Source of the DNA: Balanoglossus misakiensis
Taxonomy: Eukaryota > Animalia > Hemichordata
Length of the DNA stretch: 64,000 bases
Assembly: GCA_040954595.2 (NCBI GenBank)
Contig: CM082596.2
Span: 5,096,791-5,160,790 of the forward strand
Direction: 5' to 3'
The position numbers and the translations under genes are program-made. The notes beneath the pieces were generated by a model. That model ran no database searches. It had not been told where the DNA came from and saw only the letters and a list, made by a program, of their open reading frames with translations. Positions 1 to 15,000 of this stretch are shown here, piece after piece. Within the stretch, counting starts at the first letter, position 1. Each line of letters starts with the position of its first letter.

Positions 1-3000
1 CAAAAATCGAAGATTTTTCGACTTTGGGAATTTTGAAAATTTGGTCATTTTTTGAAAAAACCATGGGTTATAGCTCAGGAAAATCGTCAAAAATCGAAGA
101 TTTTTCGACTTTGACATTTTGAAATTTGGTCATTTTTTGAAAAAACCATGGGTATAAGAACATCTCGTGAGAGTCAAAAATCGAAGATTTTTCGACTTTG
201 GGAATTTTGAAAATTTGGTCATTTTTTGAAAAAACCATGGGTTATAGCTCAGGAAAATCGTCAAAAATCGAAGATTTTTCGACTTTGGAATTTTGAAAAT
301 TTGGTCATTTTTTGAAAAAACCATGGGTTATAGCTCAGGAAAATCGTCAAAAATCGAAGATTTTTCGACTTTGGCGAATTTTGAAAATTTGGTCATTTTT
401 GAAAAACCATGGGTTATAGCTCAGGAAAATCGTCAAAAATCGAAGATTTTTCGACTTTGGGAATTTTGAAAATTTGGTCATTTTTTGAAAAAACCATGGG
501 TTATAGCTCAGGAAAATCGTCAAAAATCGAAGATTTTTCGACTTTGGGAATTTTGAAAATTTGGTCATTTTTTGAAAAAACCATGGGTTATAGCTCAGGA
601 AAATCGTCAAAAATCGAAGATTTTTCGACTTTGGGAATTTTGAAAATTTGGTCATTTTTTGAAAAAACCATGGGTTATAGCTCAGGAAAATCGTCAAAAA
701 TCGAAGATTTTTTCGACTTTGGGAATTTTGAAAATTTGGTCATTTTTTGAAAAAACCATGGGTTATAGCTCAGGAAAATCGTCAAAAATCGAAGATTTTT
801 CGACTTTGCGAATTTTGAAAATTTGGTCATTTTTTGAAAAAACCATGGGTTATAGCTCAGGAAAATCGTCAAAAATCGAAGATTTTTCGACTTTGGGAAT
901 TTTGAAAATTTGGTCATTTTTTGAAAAAACCATGGGTTATAGCTCAGGAAAATCGTCAAAAATCGAAGATTTTTCGACTTTGGAATTTTGAAAATTTGGT
1001 CATTTTTGAAAAAACCATGGGTTATAGCTCAGGAAAATCGTCAAAAATCGAAGATTTTTCGACTTTGCGAATTTTGAAAATTTGGTCATTTTTTGAAAAA
1101 ACCATGGGTTATAGCTCAGGAAAATCGTCAAAAATCGAAGATTTTTCGACTTTGCGAATTTTGAAAATTTGGTCATTTTTTGAAAAAACCATGGGTTATA
1201 GCTCAGGAAAATCGTCAAAAATCGAAGATTTTTCGACTTTGCGAATTTTGAAAATTTGGTCATTTTTTGAAAAAACCATGGGTTATAGCTCAGGAAAAAT
1301 CGTCAAAAATCGAAGATTTTCGACTTTGCGAATTTTGAAAATTTGGTCATTTTTTGAAAAAACCATGGGTTATAGCTCAGGAAAATCGTCAAAAATCGAA
1401 GATTTTTCGACTTTGGGAATTTTGAAAATTTGGTCATTTTTTGAAAAAACCATGGGTTATAGCTCAGGAAAATCGTCAAAAATCGAAGATTTTTCGACTT
1501 TGGGAATTTTGAAAATTTGGTCATTTTTTGAAAAAACCATGGGTTATAGCTCAGGAAAATCGTCAAAAATCGAAGATTTTTCGACTTTGCGAATTTTGAA
1601 AATTTGGTCATTTTTTGAAAAAACCATGGGTTATAGCTCAGGAAAATCGTCAAAAATCGAAGATTTTTCGACTTTGCGAATTTTGAAAATTTGGTCATTT
1701 TTTGAAAAAACCATGGGTTATAGCTCAGGAAAATCGTCAAAAATCGAAGATTTTTCGACTTTGCGAATTTTGAAAATTTGGTCATTTTTTGAAAAAACCA
1801 TGGGTTATAGCTCAGGAAAATCGTCAAAAATCGAAGATTTTTCGACTTTGCGAATTTTGAAAATTTGGTCATTTTTTGAAAAAACCATGGGTTATAGCTC
1901 AGGAAAATCGTCAAAAATCGAAGATTTTTCGACTTTGCGAATTTTGAAAATTTGGTCATTTTTTGAAAAAACCATGGGTTATAGCTCAGGAAAATCGTCA
2001 AAAATCGAAGATTTTTCGACTTTGCGAATTTTGAAAATTTGGTCATTTTTTGAAAAAACCATGGGTTATAGCTCAGGAAATCGTCAAAAATCGAAGATTT
2101 TTCGACTTTGCGAATTTTGAAAATTTGGTCATTTTTTGAAAAAACCATGGGTTATAGCGCAGGAAAATCGTCAAAAATCGAAGATTTTTCGACTTTGGGA
2201 ATTTTGAAAATTTGGTCATTTTTTGAAAAAACCATGGGTTATAGCGCAGGAAAATCGTCAAAAATCGAAGATTTTTCGACTTTGGGAATTTTGAAAATTT
2301 GGTCATTTTTTGAAAAAACCATGGGTTATAGCTCAGGAAAATCGTCAAAAATCGAAGATTTTTCGACTTTGGGAATTTTGAAATTTGGTCATTTTTTGAA
2401 AAAACCATGGGTTATAGCTCAGGAAAATCGTCAAAAATCGAAGATTTTTCGACTTTGGGAATTTTGAAAATTTGGTCATTTTTTGAAAAAACCATGGGTT
2501 ATAGCTCAGGAAAATCGTCAAAAATCGAAGATTTTTCGACTTTGGGAATTTTGAAAATTTGGTCATTTTTTGAAAAAACCATGGGTTATAGCTCAGGAAA
2601 ATCGTCAAAAATCGAAGATTTTTCGACTTTGGGAATTTTGAAAATTTGGTCATTTTTTGAAAAAACCATGGGTTATAGCTCAGGAAAATCGTCAAAAATC
2701 GAAGATTTTTCGACTTTGGGAATTTTGAAAATTTGGTCATTTTTTGAAAAAACCATGGGTTATAGCTCAGGAAAATCGTCAAAAATCGAAGATTTTTCGA
2801 CTTTGCGAATTTTGAAAATTTGGTCATTTTTTGAAAAAACCATGGGTTATAGCTCAGGAAAATCGTCAAAAATCGAAGATTTTTCGACTTTGCGAATTTT
2901 GAAAATTTGGTCATTTTTTGAAAAAAACATGGGTTATAGCTCAGGAAAATCGTCAAAAATCGAAGATTTTTCGACTTTGGGAATTTTGAAAATTTGGTCA

Positions 3001-6000
3001 TTTTTTGAAAAAACCATGGGTTATAGCTCAGGAAAATCGTCAAAAATCGAAGATTTTTCGACTTTGGGAATTTTCAAAATTTGGTCATTTTTTGAAAAAA
3101 CCATGGGTTATAGCTCAGGAAAATCGTCAAAAATCGAAGATTTTTCGACTTTGGGAATTTTGAAAATTTGGTCATTTTTGAAAAAACCATGGGTTATAGC
3201 TCAGGAAAATCGTCAAAAATCGAAGATTTTTCGACTTTGGGAATTTTGAAAATTTGGTCATTTTTTGAAAAAACCATGGGTTATAGCTCAGGAAAATCGT
3301 CAAAAATCGAAGATTTTTCGACTTTGGGAATTTTGAAAATTTGGTCATTTTTTGAAAAAACCATGGGTTTATAGCTCAGGAAAATCGTCAAAAATCGAAG
3401 ATTTTTCGACTTTGCGAATTTTGAAAATTTGGTCATTTTTTGAAAAAACCATGGGTTATAGCTCAGGAAAATCGTCAAAAATCGAAGATTTTTCGACTTT
3501 GCGAATTTTGAAAATTTGGTCATTTTTTGAAAAAACCATGGGTTATAGCTCAGGAAAATCGTCAAAAATCGAAGATTTTTCGACTTTGGGAATTTTGAAA
3601 ATTTGGTCATTTTTTGAAAAAACCATGGGTTATAGCGCAGGAAAATCGTCAAAAATCGAAGATTTTTCGACTTTGGGAATTTTGAAAATTTGGTCATTTT
3701 TTGAAAAAACCATGGGTTATAGCGCAGGAAAATCGTCAAAAATCGAAGATTTTTCGACTTTGGGAATTTTGAAAATTTGGTCATTTTTTGAAAAAACCAT
3801 GGGTTATAGCGCAGGAAAATCGTCAAAAATCGAAGATTTTTCGACTTTGGGAATTTTGAAAATTTGGTCATTTTTTGAAAAAACCATGGGTTATAGCTCA
3901 GGAAAATGGTCAAAAATCGAAGATTTTTCGACTTTGGGAATTTTGAAAATTTGGTCATTTTTTGAAAAAACCATGGGTTATAGCTCAGGAAAATCGTCAA
4001 AAATCGAAGATTTTTCGACTTTGGGAATTTTGAAAATTTGGTCATTTTTTGAAAAAACCATGGGTTATAGCTCAGGAAAATCGTCAAAAATCGAAGATTT
4101 TTCGACTTTGGGAATTTTGAAAATTTGGTCATTTTTTGAAAAAACCATGGGTTATAGCTCAGGAAAATCGTCAAAAATCGAAGATTTTTCGACTTTGGGA
4201 ATTTTGAAAATTTGGTCATTTTTTGAAAAAAACCATGGGTTATAGCTCAGGAAAATCGTCAAAAATCGAAGTTTTTTCAACTTTGGGAATTTTGAAAATT
4301 TGGTCATTTTTTGAAAAAACCATGGGTTATAGCTCAGGAAAATCGTCAAAAATCGAAGATTTTTCGACTTTGGGAATTTTGAAAATTTGGTCATTTTTTG
4401 AAAAAACCATGGGTTATAGCTCAGGAAAATCGTCAAATATCGAAGATTTTTCGACTTTGGGAATTTTGAAAATTTGGTCATTTTTTGAAAAAACCATGGG
4501 TTATAGCTCAGGAAAATCGTCAAAAATCGAAGATTTTTCGACTTTGCGAATTTTGAAAATTTGGTCATTTTTTGAAAAAACCATGGGTTATAGCTCAGGA
4601 AAATCGTCAAAAATCGAAGATTTTTCGACTTTGGGAATTTTGAAAATTTGGTCATTTTTTGAAAAAACCATGGGTTATAGCTCAGGAAAATCGTCAAAAA
4701 TCGAAGATTTTTCGACTTTGGGAATTTTGAAAATTTGGTCATTTTTTGAAAAAACCATGGGTTATAGCGCAGGAAAATCGTCAAAAATCGAAGATTTTTC
4801 GACTTTGGGAATTTTGAAAATTTGGTCATTTTTTGAAAAAACCATGGGTTATAGCGCAGGAAAATCGTCAAAAATCGAAGATTTTTCGACTTTGGGAATT
4901 TTGAAAATTTGGTCATTTTTTGAAAAAACCATGGGTTATAGCGCAGGAAAATCGTCAAAAATCGAAGATTTTTCGACTTTGGGAATTTTGAAAATTTGGT
5001 CATTTTTTGAAAAAACCATGGGTTATAGCTCAGGAAAATGGTCAAAAATCGAAGATTTTTCGACTTTGGGAATTTTGAAAATTTGGTCATTTTTTGAAAA
5101 AACCATGGGTTATAGCTCAGGAAAATCGTCAAAAATCGAAGATTTTTCGACTTTGGGAATTTTGAAAATTTGGTCATTTTTTGAAAAAACCATGGGTTAT
5201 AGCTCAGGAAAATCGTCAAAAATCGAAGATTTTTCGACTTTGGGAATTTTGAAAATTTGGTCATTTTTTGAAAAAAACCATGGGTTATAGCTCAGGAAAA
5301 TCGTCAAAAATCGAAGAATTTTTCAACTTTGGGAATTTTGAAAATTTGGTCATTTTTTGAAAAAACCATGGGTTATAGCTCAGGAAAATCGTCAAAAATC
5401 GAAGATTTTTCGACTTTGGGAATTTTGAAAATTTGGTCATTTTTTGAAAAAACCATGGGTTATAGCTCAGGAAAATCGTCAAATATCGAAGATTTTTCGA
5501 CTTTGGGAATTTTGAAATTTGGTCATTTTTTGAAAAAACCATGGGTTATAGCTCAGGAAAATCGTCAAAAATCGAAGATTTTTCGACTTTGCGAATTTTG
5601 AAAATTTGGTCATTTTTTGAAAAAACCATGGGTTATAGCTCAGGAAAATCGTCAAATATCGAAGATTTTTCGACTTTGGGAATTTTGAAAATTTGGTCAT
5701 TTTTTGAAAAAAACCATGGGTTATAGCTCAGGAAAATCGTCAAAAATCGAAGTTTTTTCGACTTTGGGAATTTTGAAAATTTGGTCATTTTTTGAAAAAA
5801 ACCATGGGTTATAGCTCAGGAAAATCGTCAAAAATCGAAGATTTTTCGACTTTGGGAATTTTGAAAATTTGGTCATCTTTTGAAAAAACCATGGGTTATA
5901 GCTCAGGAAAATCGTCAAAAATCGAAGATTTTTCGACTTTGGGAATTTTGAAAATTTGGTCATCTTTTGAAAAAACCATGGGTTATAGCTCAGGAAAATC

Positions 6001-9000
6001 GTCAAAAATCGAAGATTTTTCGACTTTGGGAATTTTGAAAATTTGGTCATCTTTTGAAAAAACCATGGGTTATAGCTCAGGAAAATCGTCAAATATCGAA
6101 GATTTTTCGACTTTGGGAATTTTGAAAATTTGGTCATTTTTTGAAAAAACCATGGGTTATAGCTCTGGAAAATCGTCAAAAATCGAAGATTTTTCGACTT
6201 TGGGAATTTTGAAAATTTGGTCATTTTTTGAAAAAACCATGGGTTATAGCTCAGGAAAATCGTCAAAAATCGAAGATTTTTCGACTTTGGGAATTTTGAA
6301 AATTTGGTCATTTTTTGAAAAAACCATGGGTTATAGCTCAGGAAAATCGTCAAAAATCGAAGATTTTTCGACTTTGCGAATTTTGAAAATTTGGTCATTT
6401 TTTGAAAAAACCATGGGTTATATAGCTCAGGAAAATCGTCAAAAATCGAAGATTTTTCGACTTTGCGAATTTTGAAAATTTGGTCATTTTTTGAAAAAAC
6501 CATGGGTTATAGCTTAGGAAAATCGTCAAAAATCGAAGATTTTTCGACTTTGCGAATTTTGAAAATTTGGTCATTTTTTGAAAAAACCATGGGTTATAGC
6601 TCAGGAAAATCGTCAAAAATCGAAGATTTTTCGACTTTGGGAATTTTGAAAATTTTGTCATTTTTTGAAAAAACCATGGGTTATAGCTCAGGAAAATCGT
6701 CAAAAATCGAAGATTTTTCGACTTTGCGAATTTTGAAAATTTGGTCATTTTTTGAAAAAACCATGGGTTATAGCTCAGGAAAATCGTCAAAAATCGAAGA
6801 TTTTTCGACTTTGGGAATTTTGAAAATTTGGTCATTTTTTGAAAAAACCATGGGTTATATAGCTCAGGAAAATCGTCAAAAATCGAAGATTTTTCGACTT
6901 TGGGAATTTTGAAAATTTGGTCATTTTTTGAAAAAACCATGGGTTATAGCTCAGGAAAATCGTCAAAAATCGAAGATTTTTCGACTTTGGGAATTTTGAA
7001 AATTTGGTCATTTTTTAAAAAAACCATGGGTTATAGCTCAGGAAAATCGTCAAAAATCGAAGATTTTTCGACTTTGCGAATTTTGAAAATTTGGTCATTT
7101 TTTGAAAAAACCATGGGTTATAGCTCAGGAAAATCGTCAAAAATCGAAGATTTTTCGACTTTGCGAATTTTGAAAATTTGGTCATTTTTTGAAAAAACCA
7201 TGGTTTATAGCTCAGGAAAATCGTCAAAAATCGAAGATTTTTCGACTTTGCGAATTTTGAAAATTTGGTCATTTTTTGAAAAAACCATGGGTTATAGCTC
7301 AGGAAAATCGTCAAAAATCGAAGATTTTTCGACTTTGCGAATTTTGAAAATTTGGTCATTTTTTGAAAAAACCATGGGTTATAGCTCAGGAAAATCGTCA
7401 AAAATCGAAGATTTTTCGACTTTGCGAATTTTGAAAATTTGTTCATTTTTTGAAAAAACCATGGGTTATAGCTCAGGAAAATCGTCAAAAATCGAAGATT
7501 TTTCGACTTTGCGAATTTTGAAAATTTGTTCATTTTTTTAAAAAACCATGGGTTATAGCTCAGGAAAATCGTCAAAAATCGAAGATTTTTCGACTTTGGG
7601 AATTTTGAAAATTTGGTCATTTTTTGAAAAAACCATGGGTTATAGCTCAGGAAAATCGTCAAAAATCGAAGATTTTTCGACTTTGGGAATTTTGAAAATT
7701 TGGTCATTTTTTGAAAAAACCATGGGTTTATAGCTCAGGAAAATCGTCAAAAATCGAAGATTTTTCGACTTTGCGAATTTTGAAAATTTGGTCATTTTTT
7801 GAAAAAACCATGGGTTATAGCTCAGGAAAATCGTCAAAAATCGAAGATTTTTCGACTTTGCGAATTTTGAAAATTTGGTCATTTTTTGAAAAAACCATGG
7901 GTTATAGCTCAGGAAAATCGTCAAAAATCGAAGATTTTTCGACTTTGCGAATTTTGAAAATTTGGTCATTTTTTGAAAAAACCATGGGTTATAGCTCAGG
8001 AAAATCGTCAAAAATCGAAGATTTTTCGACTTTGGGAATTTTGAAAATTTGGTCATTTTTTGAAAAAACCATGGGTTATAGCGCAGGAAAATCGTCAAAA
8101 ATCGAAGATTTTTCGACTTTGGGAATTTTGAAAATTTGGTCATTTTTTGAAAAAACCATGGGTTATAGCTCAGGAAAATCGTCAAAAATCGAAGATTTTT
8201 CGACTTTGGGAATTTTGAAAATTTGGTCATTTTTTGAAAAAACCATGGGTTATAGCTCAGGAAAATCGTCAAAAATCAAAGATTTTTCGACTTTGGGAAT
8301 TTTGAAAATTTGGTCATTTTTTGAAAAAACCATGGGTTATAGCTCAGGAAAATCGTCAAAAATCGAAGATTTTTCGACTTTGGGAATTTTGAAAATTTGG
8401 TCATTTTTTGAAAAAACCATGGGTTATAGCTCAGGAAAATCGTCAAAAATCGAAGATTTTTCGACTTTGGGAATTTTGAAAATTTGTTCATTTTTTGAAA
8501 AAACCATGGGTTATAGCTCAGGAAAATCGTCAAAAATCGAAGATTTTTCGACTTTGGGAATTTTGAAAATTTGGTCATTTTTTGAAAAAAACCATGGGTT
8601 ATAGCTCAGGAAAATCGTCAAAAATCGAAGTTTTTTCGACTTTGGGAATTTTGAAAATTTGGTCATTTTTTGAAAAAAACCATGGGTTATAGCTCAGGAA
8701 AATCGTCAAAAATCGAAGTTTTTTCGACTTTGGGAATTTTGAAAATTTGGTCATTTTTTGAAAAAAACCATGGGTTATAGCTCAGGAAAATCGTCAAAAA
8801 TCGAAGATTTTTCGACTTTGGGAATTTTGAAAATTTGGTCATCTTTTGAAAAAACCATGGGTTATAGCTCAGGAAAATCGTCAAAAATCGAAGATTTTTC
8901 GACTTTGGGAATTTTGAAAATTTGGTCATCTTTTGAAAAAACCATGGGTTATAGCTCAGGAAAATCGTCAAAAATCGAAGATTTTTCGACTTTGGGAATT

Positions 9001-12000
9001 TTGAAAATTTGGTCATCTTTTGAAAAAACCATGGGTTATAGCTCAGGAAAATCGTCAAAAATCGAAGATTTTTCGACTTTGGGAATTTTGAAAATTTGGT
9101 CATCTTTTGAAAAAACCATGGGTTATAGCTCAGGAAAATCGTCAAAAATCGAAGATTTTTCGACTTTGCGAATTTTGAAAATTTGGTCATCTTTTGAAAA
9201 AACCATGGGTTATAGCTCAGGAAAATCGTCAAAAATCGAAGATTTTTCGACTTTGCGAATTTTGAAAATTTGGTCATCTTTTGAAAAAACCATGGGTTAT
9301 AGCTCAGGAAAATCGTCAAAAATCGAAGATTTTTCGACTTTGCGAATTTTGAAAATTTGGTCATTTTTTGAAAAAACCATGGGTTATAGCTCAGGAAAAT
9401 CGTCAAAAATCGAAGATTTTTCGACTTTGCGAATTTTGAAAATTTGTTCATTTTTTTAAAAAACCATGGGTTATAGCTCAGGAAAATCGTCAAAAATCGA
9501 AGATTTTTCGACTTTGGGAATTTTGAAAATTTTGTCATTTTTTGAAAAAACCATGGGTTATAGCTCAGGAAAATCGTCAAAAATCGAAGATTTTTCGACT
9601 TTGCGAATTTTGAAAATTTGGTCATTTTTTGAAAAAACCATGGGTTATAGCTCAGGAAAATCGTCAAAAATCGAAGATTTTTCGACTTTGCGAATTTTGA
9701 AAATTTGGTCATTTTTTGAAAAAACCATGGGTTATAGCTCAGGAAAATCGTCAAAAATCGAAGATTTTTCGACTTTGCGAATTTTGAAAATTTGGTCATT
9801 TTTTGAAAAAACCATGGGTTATAGCTCAGGAAAATCGTCAAAAATCGAAGATTTTTCGACTTTGCGAATTTTGAAAATTTGGTCATTTTTTGAAAAAACC
9901 ATGGGTTATAGCTCAGGAAAATCGTCAAAAATCGAAGATTTTTCGACTTTGCGAATTTTGAAAATTTGGTCATTTTTTGAAAAAACCATGGGTTATAGCT
10001 CAGGAAAATCGTCAAAAATCGAAGATTTTTCGACTTTGGGAATTTTGAAAATTTGTTCATTTTTTGAAAAAGCCATGGGTTATAGCTCAGGAAAATCGTC
10101 AAAAATCGAAGATTTTTCGACTTTGCGAATTTTGAAAATTTGGTCATTTTTTGAAAAAACCATGGGTTATAGCTCAGGAAAATCGTCAAAAATCGAAGAT
10201 TTTTCGACTTTGCGAACTTTGAAAATTTGGTCATTTTTTGAAAAAACCATGGGTTATAGCTCAGGAAAATCGTCAAAAATCGAAGATTTTTCGACTTTGC
10301 GAACTTTGAAAATTTGGTCATTTTTTTAAAAAACCATGGGTTATAGCTCAGGAAAATCGTCAAAAATCGAAGATTTTTCGACTTTGCGAATTTTGAAAAT
10401 TTGGTCATTTTTTTAAAAAACCATGGGTTATAGCTCAGGAAAATCGTCAAAAATCGAAGATTTTTCGACTTTGCGAATTTTGAAAATTTGTTCATTTTTT
10501 TAAAAAACCATGGGTTATAGCTCAGGAAAATCGTCAAAAATCGAAGATTTTTCGACTTTGGGAATTTTGAAAATTTGTTCATTTTTTTAAAAAACCATGG
10601 GTTATAGCTCAGGAAAATCGTCAAAAATCGAAGATTTTTCGACTTTGCGAATTTTGAAAATTTGTTCATTTTTTTAAAAAACCATGGGTTATAGCTCAGG
10701 AAAATCGTCAAAAATCGAAGATTTTTCGACTTTGCGAATTTTGAAAATTTTGTCATTTTTTGAAAAAACCATGGGTTATAGCTCAGGAAAATCGTCAAAA
10801 ATCGAAGATTTTTCGACTTTGCGAATTTTGAAAATTTGGTCATTTTTTAAAAAACCATGGGTTATAGCTCAGGAAAATCGTCAAAAATCGAAGATTTTTC
10901 GACTTTGCGAATTTTGAAAATTTGGTCATTTTTTGAAAAAACCATGGGTTATAGCTCAGGAAAATCGTCAAAAATCGAAGATTTTTCGACTTTGCGAATT
11001 TTGAAAATTTGGTCATTTTTTGAAAAAACCATGGGTTATAGCTCAGGAAAATCGTCAAAAATCGAAGATTTTTCGACTTTGCGAATTTTGAAAATTTGGT
11101 CATTTTTTGAAAAAACCATGGGTTATAGCTCAGGAAAATCGTCAAAAATCGAAGATTTTTCGACTTTGCGAATTTTGAAAATTTGGTCATTTTTTGAAAA
11201 AACCATGGGTTATAGCTCAGGAAAATCGTCAAAAATCGAAGATTTTTCGACTTTGCGAATTTTGAAAATTTGGTCATTTTTTGAAAAAACCATGGGTTAT
11301 AGCTCAGGAAAATCGTCAAAAATCGAAGATTTTTCGACTTTGCGAATTTTGAAAATTTGGTCATTTTTTGAAAAAACCATGGGTTATAGCTCAGGAAAAT
11401 CGTCAAAAATCGAAGATTTTTCGACTTTGCGAATTTTGAAAATTTGGTCATTTTTTGAAAAAACCATGGGTTATAGCTCAGGAAAATCGTCAAAAATCGA
11501 AGATTTTTCGACTTTGCGAATTTTGAAAATTTGGTCATTTTTTGAAAAAACCATGGGTTATAGCTCAGGAAAATCGTCAAAAATCGAAGATTTTTCGACT
11601 TTGCGAATTTTGAAAATTTGGTCATTTTTTGAAAAAACCATGGGTTATAGCTCAGGAAAATCGTCAAAAATCGAAGATTTTTCGACTTTGGGAATTTTGA
11701 AAATTTGGTCATTTTTTGAAAAAACCATGGGTTATAGCTCAGGAAAATCGTCAAAAATCGAAGATTTTTCGACTTTGGGAATTTTGAAAATTTGGTCATT
11801 TTTTGAAAAAACCATGGGTCATAGCTCAGGAAAATCGTCAAAAATCGAAGATTTTTCGACTTTGCGAATTTTGAAAATTTGGTCATTTTTTGAAAAAACC
11901 ATGGGTCATAGCTCAGGAAAATCGTCAAAAATCGAAGATTTTTCGACTTTGCGAATTTTGAAAATTTGGTCATTTTTTGAAAAAACCATGGGTTATAGCT

Positions 12001-15000
12001 CAGGAAAATCGTCAAAAATCGAAGATTTTTCGACTTTGCGAATTTTGAAAATTTGGTCATTTTTTGAAAAAACCATGGTTTATAGCTCAGGAAAATCGTC
12101 AAAAATCGAAGATTTTTCGACTTTGCGAATTTTGAAAATTTGGTCATTTTTTGAAAAAACCATGGGTTATAGCTCAGGAAAATCGTCAAAAATCGAAGAT
12201 TTTTCGACTTTGCGAATTTTGAAAATTTGGTCATTTTTTTAAAAAACCATGGGTTATAGCTCAGGAAAATCGTCAAAAATCGAAGATTTTTCGACTTTGC
12301 GAATTTTGAAAATTTGGTCATTTTTTTAAAAAACCATGGGTTATAGCTCAGGAAAATCGTCAAAAATCGAAGATTTTTCGACTTTGCGAATTTTGAAAAT
12401 TTGTTCATTTTTTGAAAAAAACATGGGTTATAGCTCAGGAAAATCGTCAAAAATCGAAGATTTTTCGACTTTGCGAATTTTGAAAATTTGGTCATTTTTT
12501 GAAAAAACCATGGGTTATAGCGCAGGAAAATCGTCAAAAATCGAAGATTTTTCGACTTTGGGAATTTTGAAAATTTGGTCATTTTTTGAAAAAACCATGG
12601 GTTATAGCTCAGGAAAATCGTCAAAAATCGAAGATTTTTCGACTTTGGGAATTTTGAAAATTTGGTCATTTTTTGAAAAAACCATGGGTTATAGCTCAGG
12701 AAAATCGTCAAAAATCGAAGATTTTTCGACTTTGCGAATTTTGAAAATTTGGTCATTTTTTGAAAAAACCATGGGTTATAGCTCAGGAAAATCGTCAAAA
12801 ATCGAAGATTTTTCGACTTTGCGAATTTTGAAAATTTGGTCATTTTTTGAAAAAACCATGGGTTATAGCTCAGGAAAATCGTCAAAAATCGAAGATTTTT
12901 CGACTTTGCGAATTTTGAAAATTTGGTCATTTTTTGAAAAAACCATGGGTTATAGCTCAGGAAAATCGTCAAAAATCGAAGATTTTTCGACTTTGCGAAT
13001 TTTGAAAATTTGGTCATTTTTTGAAAAAACCATGGGTTATAGCTCAGGAAAATCGTCAAAAATCGAAGATTTTTCGACTTTGCGAATTTTGAAAATTTGG
13101 TCATTTTTTGAAAAAACCATGGGTTATAGCTCAGGAAAATCGTCAAAAATCGAAGATTTTTCGACTTTGGGAATTTTGAAAATTTGGTCATTTTTTGAAA
13201 AAACCATGGGTCATAGCTCAGGAAAATCGTCAAAAATCGAAGATTTTTCGACTTTGGGAATTTTGAAAATTTGATCATTTTTTGAAAAAAACCATGGGTT
13301 ATAGCTCAGGAAAATCGTCAAAAATCGAAGATTTTTCGACTTTGGGAATTTTGAAAATTTGGTCATTTTTTGAAAAAACCATGGGTTATAGCTCAGGAAA
13401 ATCGTCAAAAATCGAAGATTTTTCGACTTTGGGAATTTTGAAAATTTGGTCATTTTTTGAAAAAACCATGGGTTATAGCTCAGGAAAATCGTCAAAAATC
13501 GAAGATTTTTCGACTTTGGGAATTTTGAAAATTTGGTCATTTTTTGAAAAAACCATGGGTTATAGCTCAGGAAAATCGTCAAAAATCGAAGATTTTTCGA
13601 CTTTGGGAATTTTGAAAATTTGGTCATTATTTGAAAAAACCATGGGTTATAGCTCAGGAAAATCGTCAAAAATCGAAGATTTGTCGACTTTGGGAATTTT
13701 GAAAATTTGGTCATTTTTTGAAAAAACCATGGGTTATAGCTCAGGAAAATCGTCAAAAATCGAAGATTTTTCGACTTTGCGAATTTTGAAAATTTGGTCA
13801 TTTTTTGAAAAAACCATGGTTTATAGCTCAGGAAAATCGTCAAAAATCGAAGATTTTTCGACTTTGCGAATTTTGAAAATTTGGTCATTTTTTGAAGAAA
13901 CCATGGGTTATAGCTCAGGAAAATCGTCAAAAATCGAAGATTTTTCGACTTTGCGAATTTTGAAAATTTGGTCATTTTTTGAAAAAACCATGGGTTATAG
14001 CTCAGGAAAATCGTCAAAAATCGAAGATTTTTCGACTTTGCGAATTTTGAAAATTTGGTCATTTTTTGAAAAAACCATGGGTTATAGCTCAGGAAAATCG
14101 TCAAAAATCGAAGATTTTTCGACTTTGCGAATTTTGAAAATTTGGTCATTTTTTGAAAAAACCATGGGTTATAGCTCAGGAAAATCGTCAAAAATCGAAG
14201 ATTTTTCGACTTTGGGAATTTTGAAAATTTGGTCATTTTTTGAAAAAACCATGGGTCATAGCTCAGGAAAATCGTCAAAAATCGAAGATTTTTCGACTTT
14301 GGGAATTTTGAAAATTTGATCATTTTTTGAAAAAAACCATGGGTTATAGCTCAGGAAAATCGTCAAAAATCGAAGATTTTTCGACTTTGGGAATTTTGAA
14401 AATTTGGTCATTTTTTGAAAAAACCATGGGTTATAGCTCAGGAAAATCGTCAAAAATCGAAGATTTTTCGACTTTGGGAATTTTGAAAATTTGGTCATTT
14501 TTTGAAAAAACCATGGGTTATAGCTCAGGAAAATCGTCAAAAATCGAAGATTTTTCGACTTTGGGAATTTTGAAAATTTGGTCATTTTTTGAAAAAACCA
14601 TGGGTTATAGCTCAGGAAAATCGTCAAAAATCGAAGATTTTTCGACTTTGGGAATTTTGAAAATTTGGTCATTATTTGAAAAAACCATGGGTTATAGCTC
14701 AGGAAAATCGTCAAAAATCGAAGATTTGTCGACTTTGGGAATTTTGAAAATTTGGTCATTTTTTGAAAAAACCATGGGTTATAGCTCAGGAAAATCGTCA
14801 AAAATCGAAGATTTTTCGACTTTGCGAATTTTGAAAATTTGGTCATTTTTTGAAAAAACCATGGTTTATAGCTCAGGAAAATCGTCAAAAATCGAAGATT
14901 TTTCGACTTTGCGAATTTTGAAAATTTGGTCATTTTTTGAAAAAACCATGGTTTATAGCTCAGGAAAATCGTCAAAAATCGAAGATTTTTCGACTTTGCG

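Noticed and set aside
110-176. About 20 nt of foreign sequence (TAAGAACATCTCGTGAGAG) replacing part of one monomer, plus many homopolymer indels in the first 7 kb
   Set aside because: Singleton located where indel noise is highest; most likely low-coverage consensus error. Raw reads would be needed to confirm.
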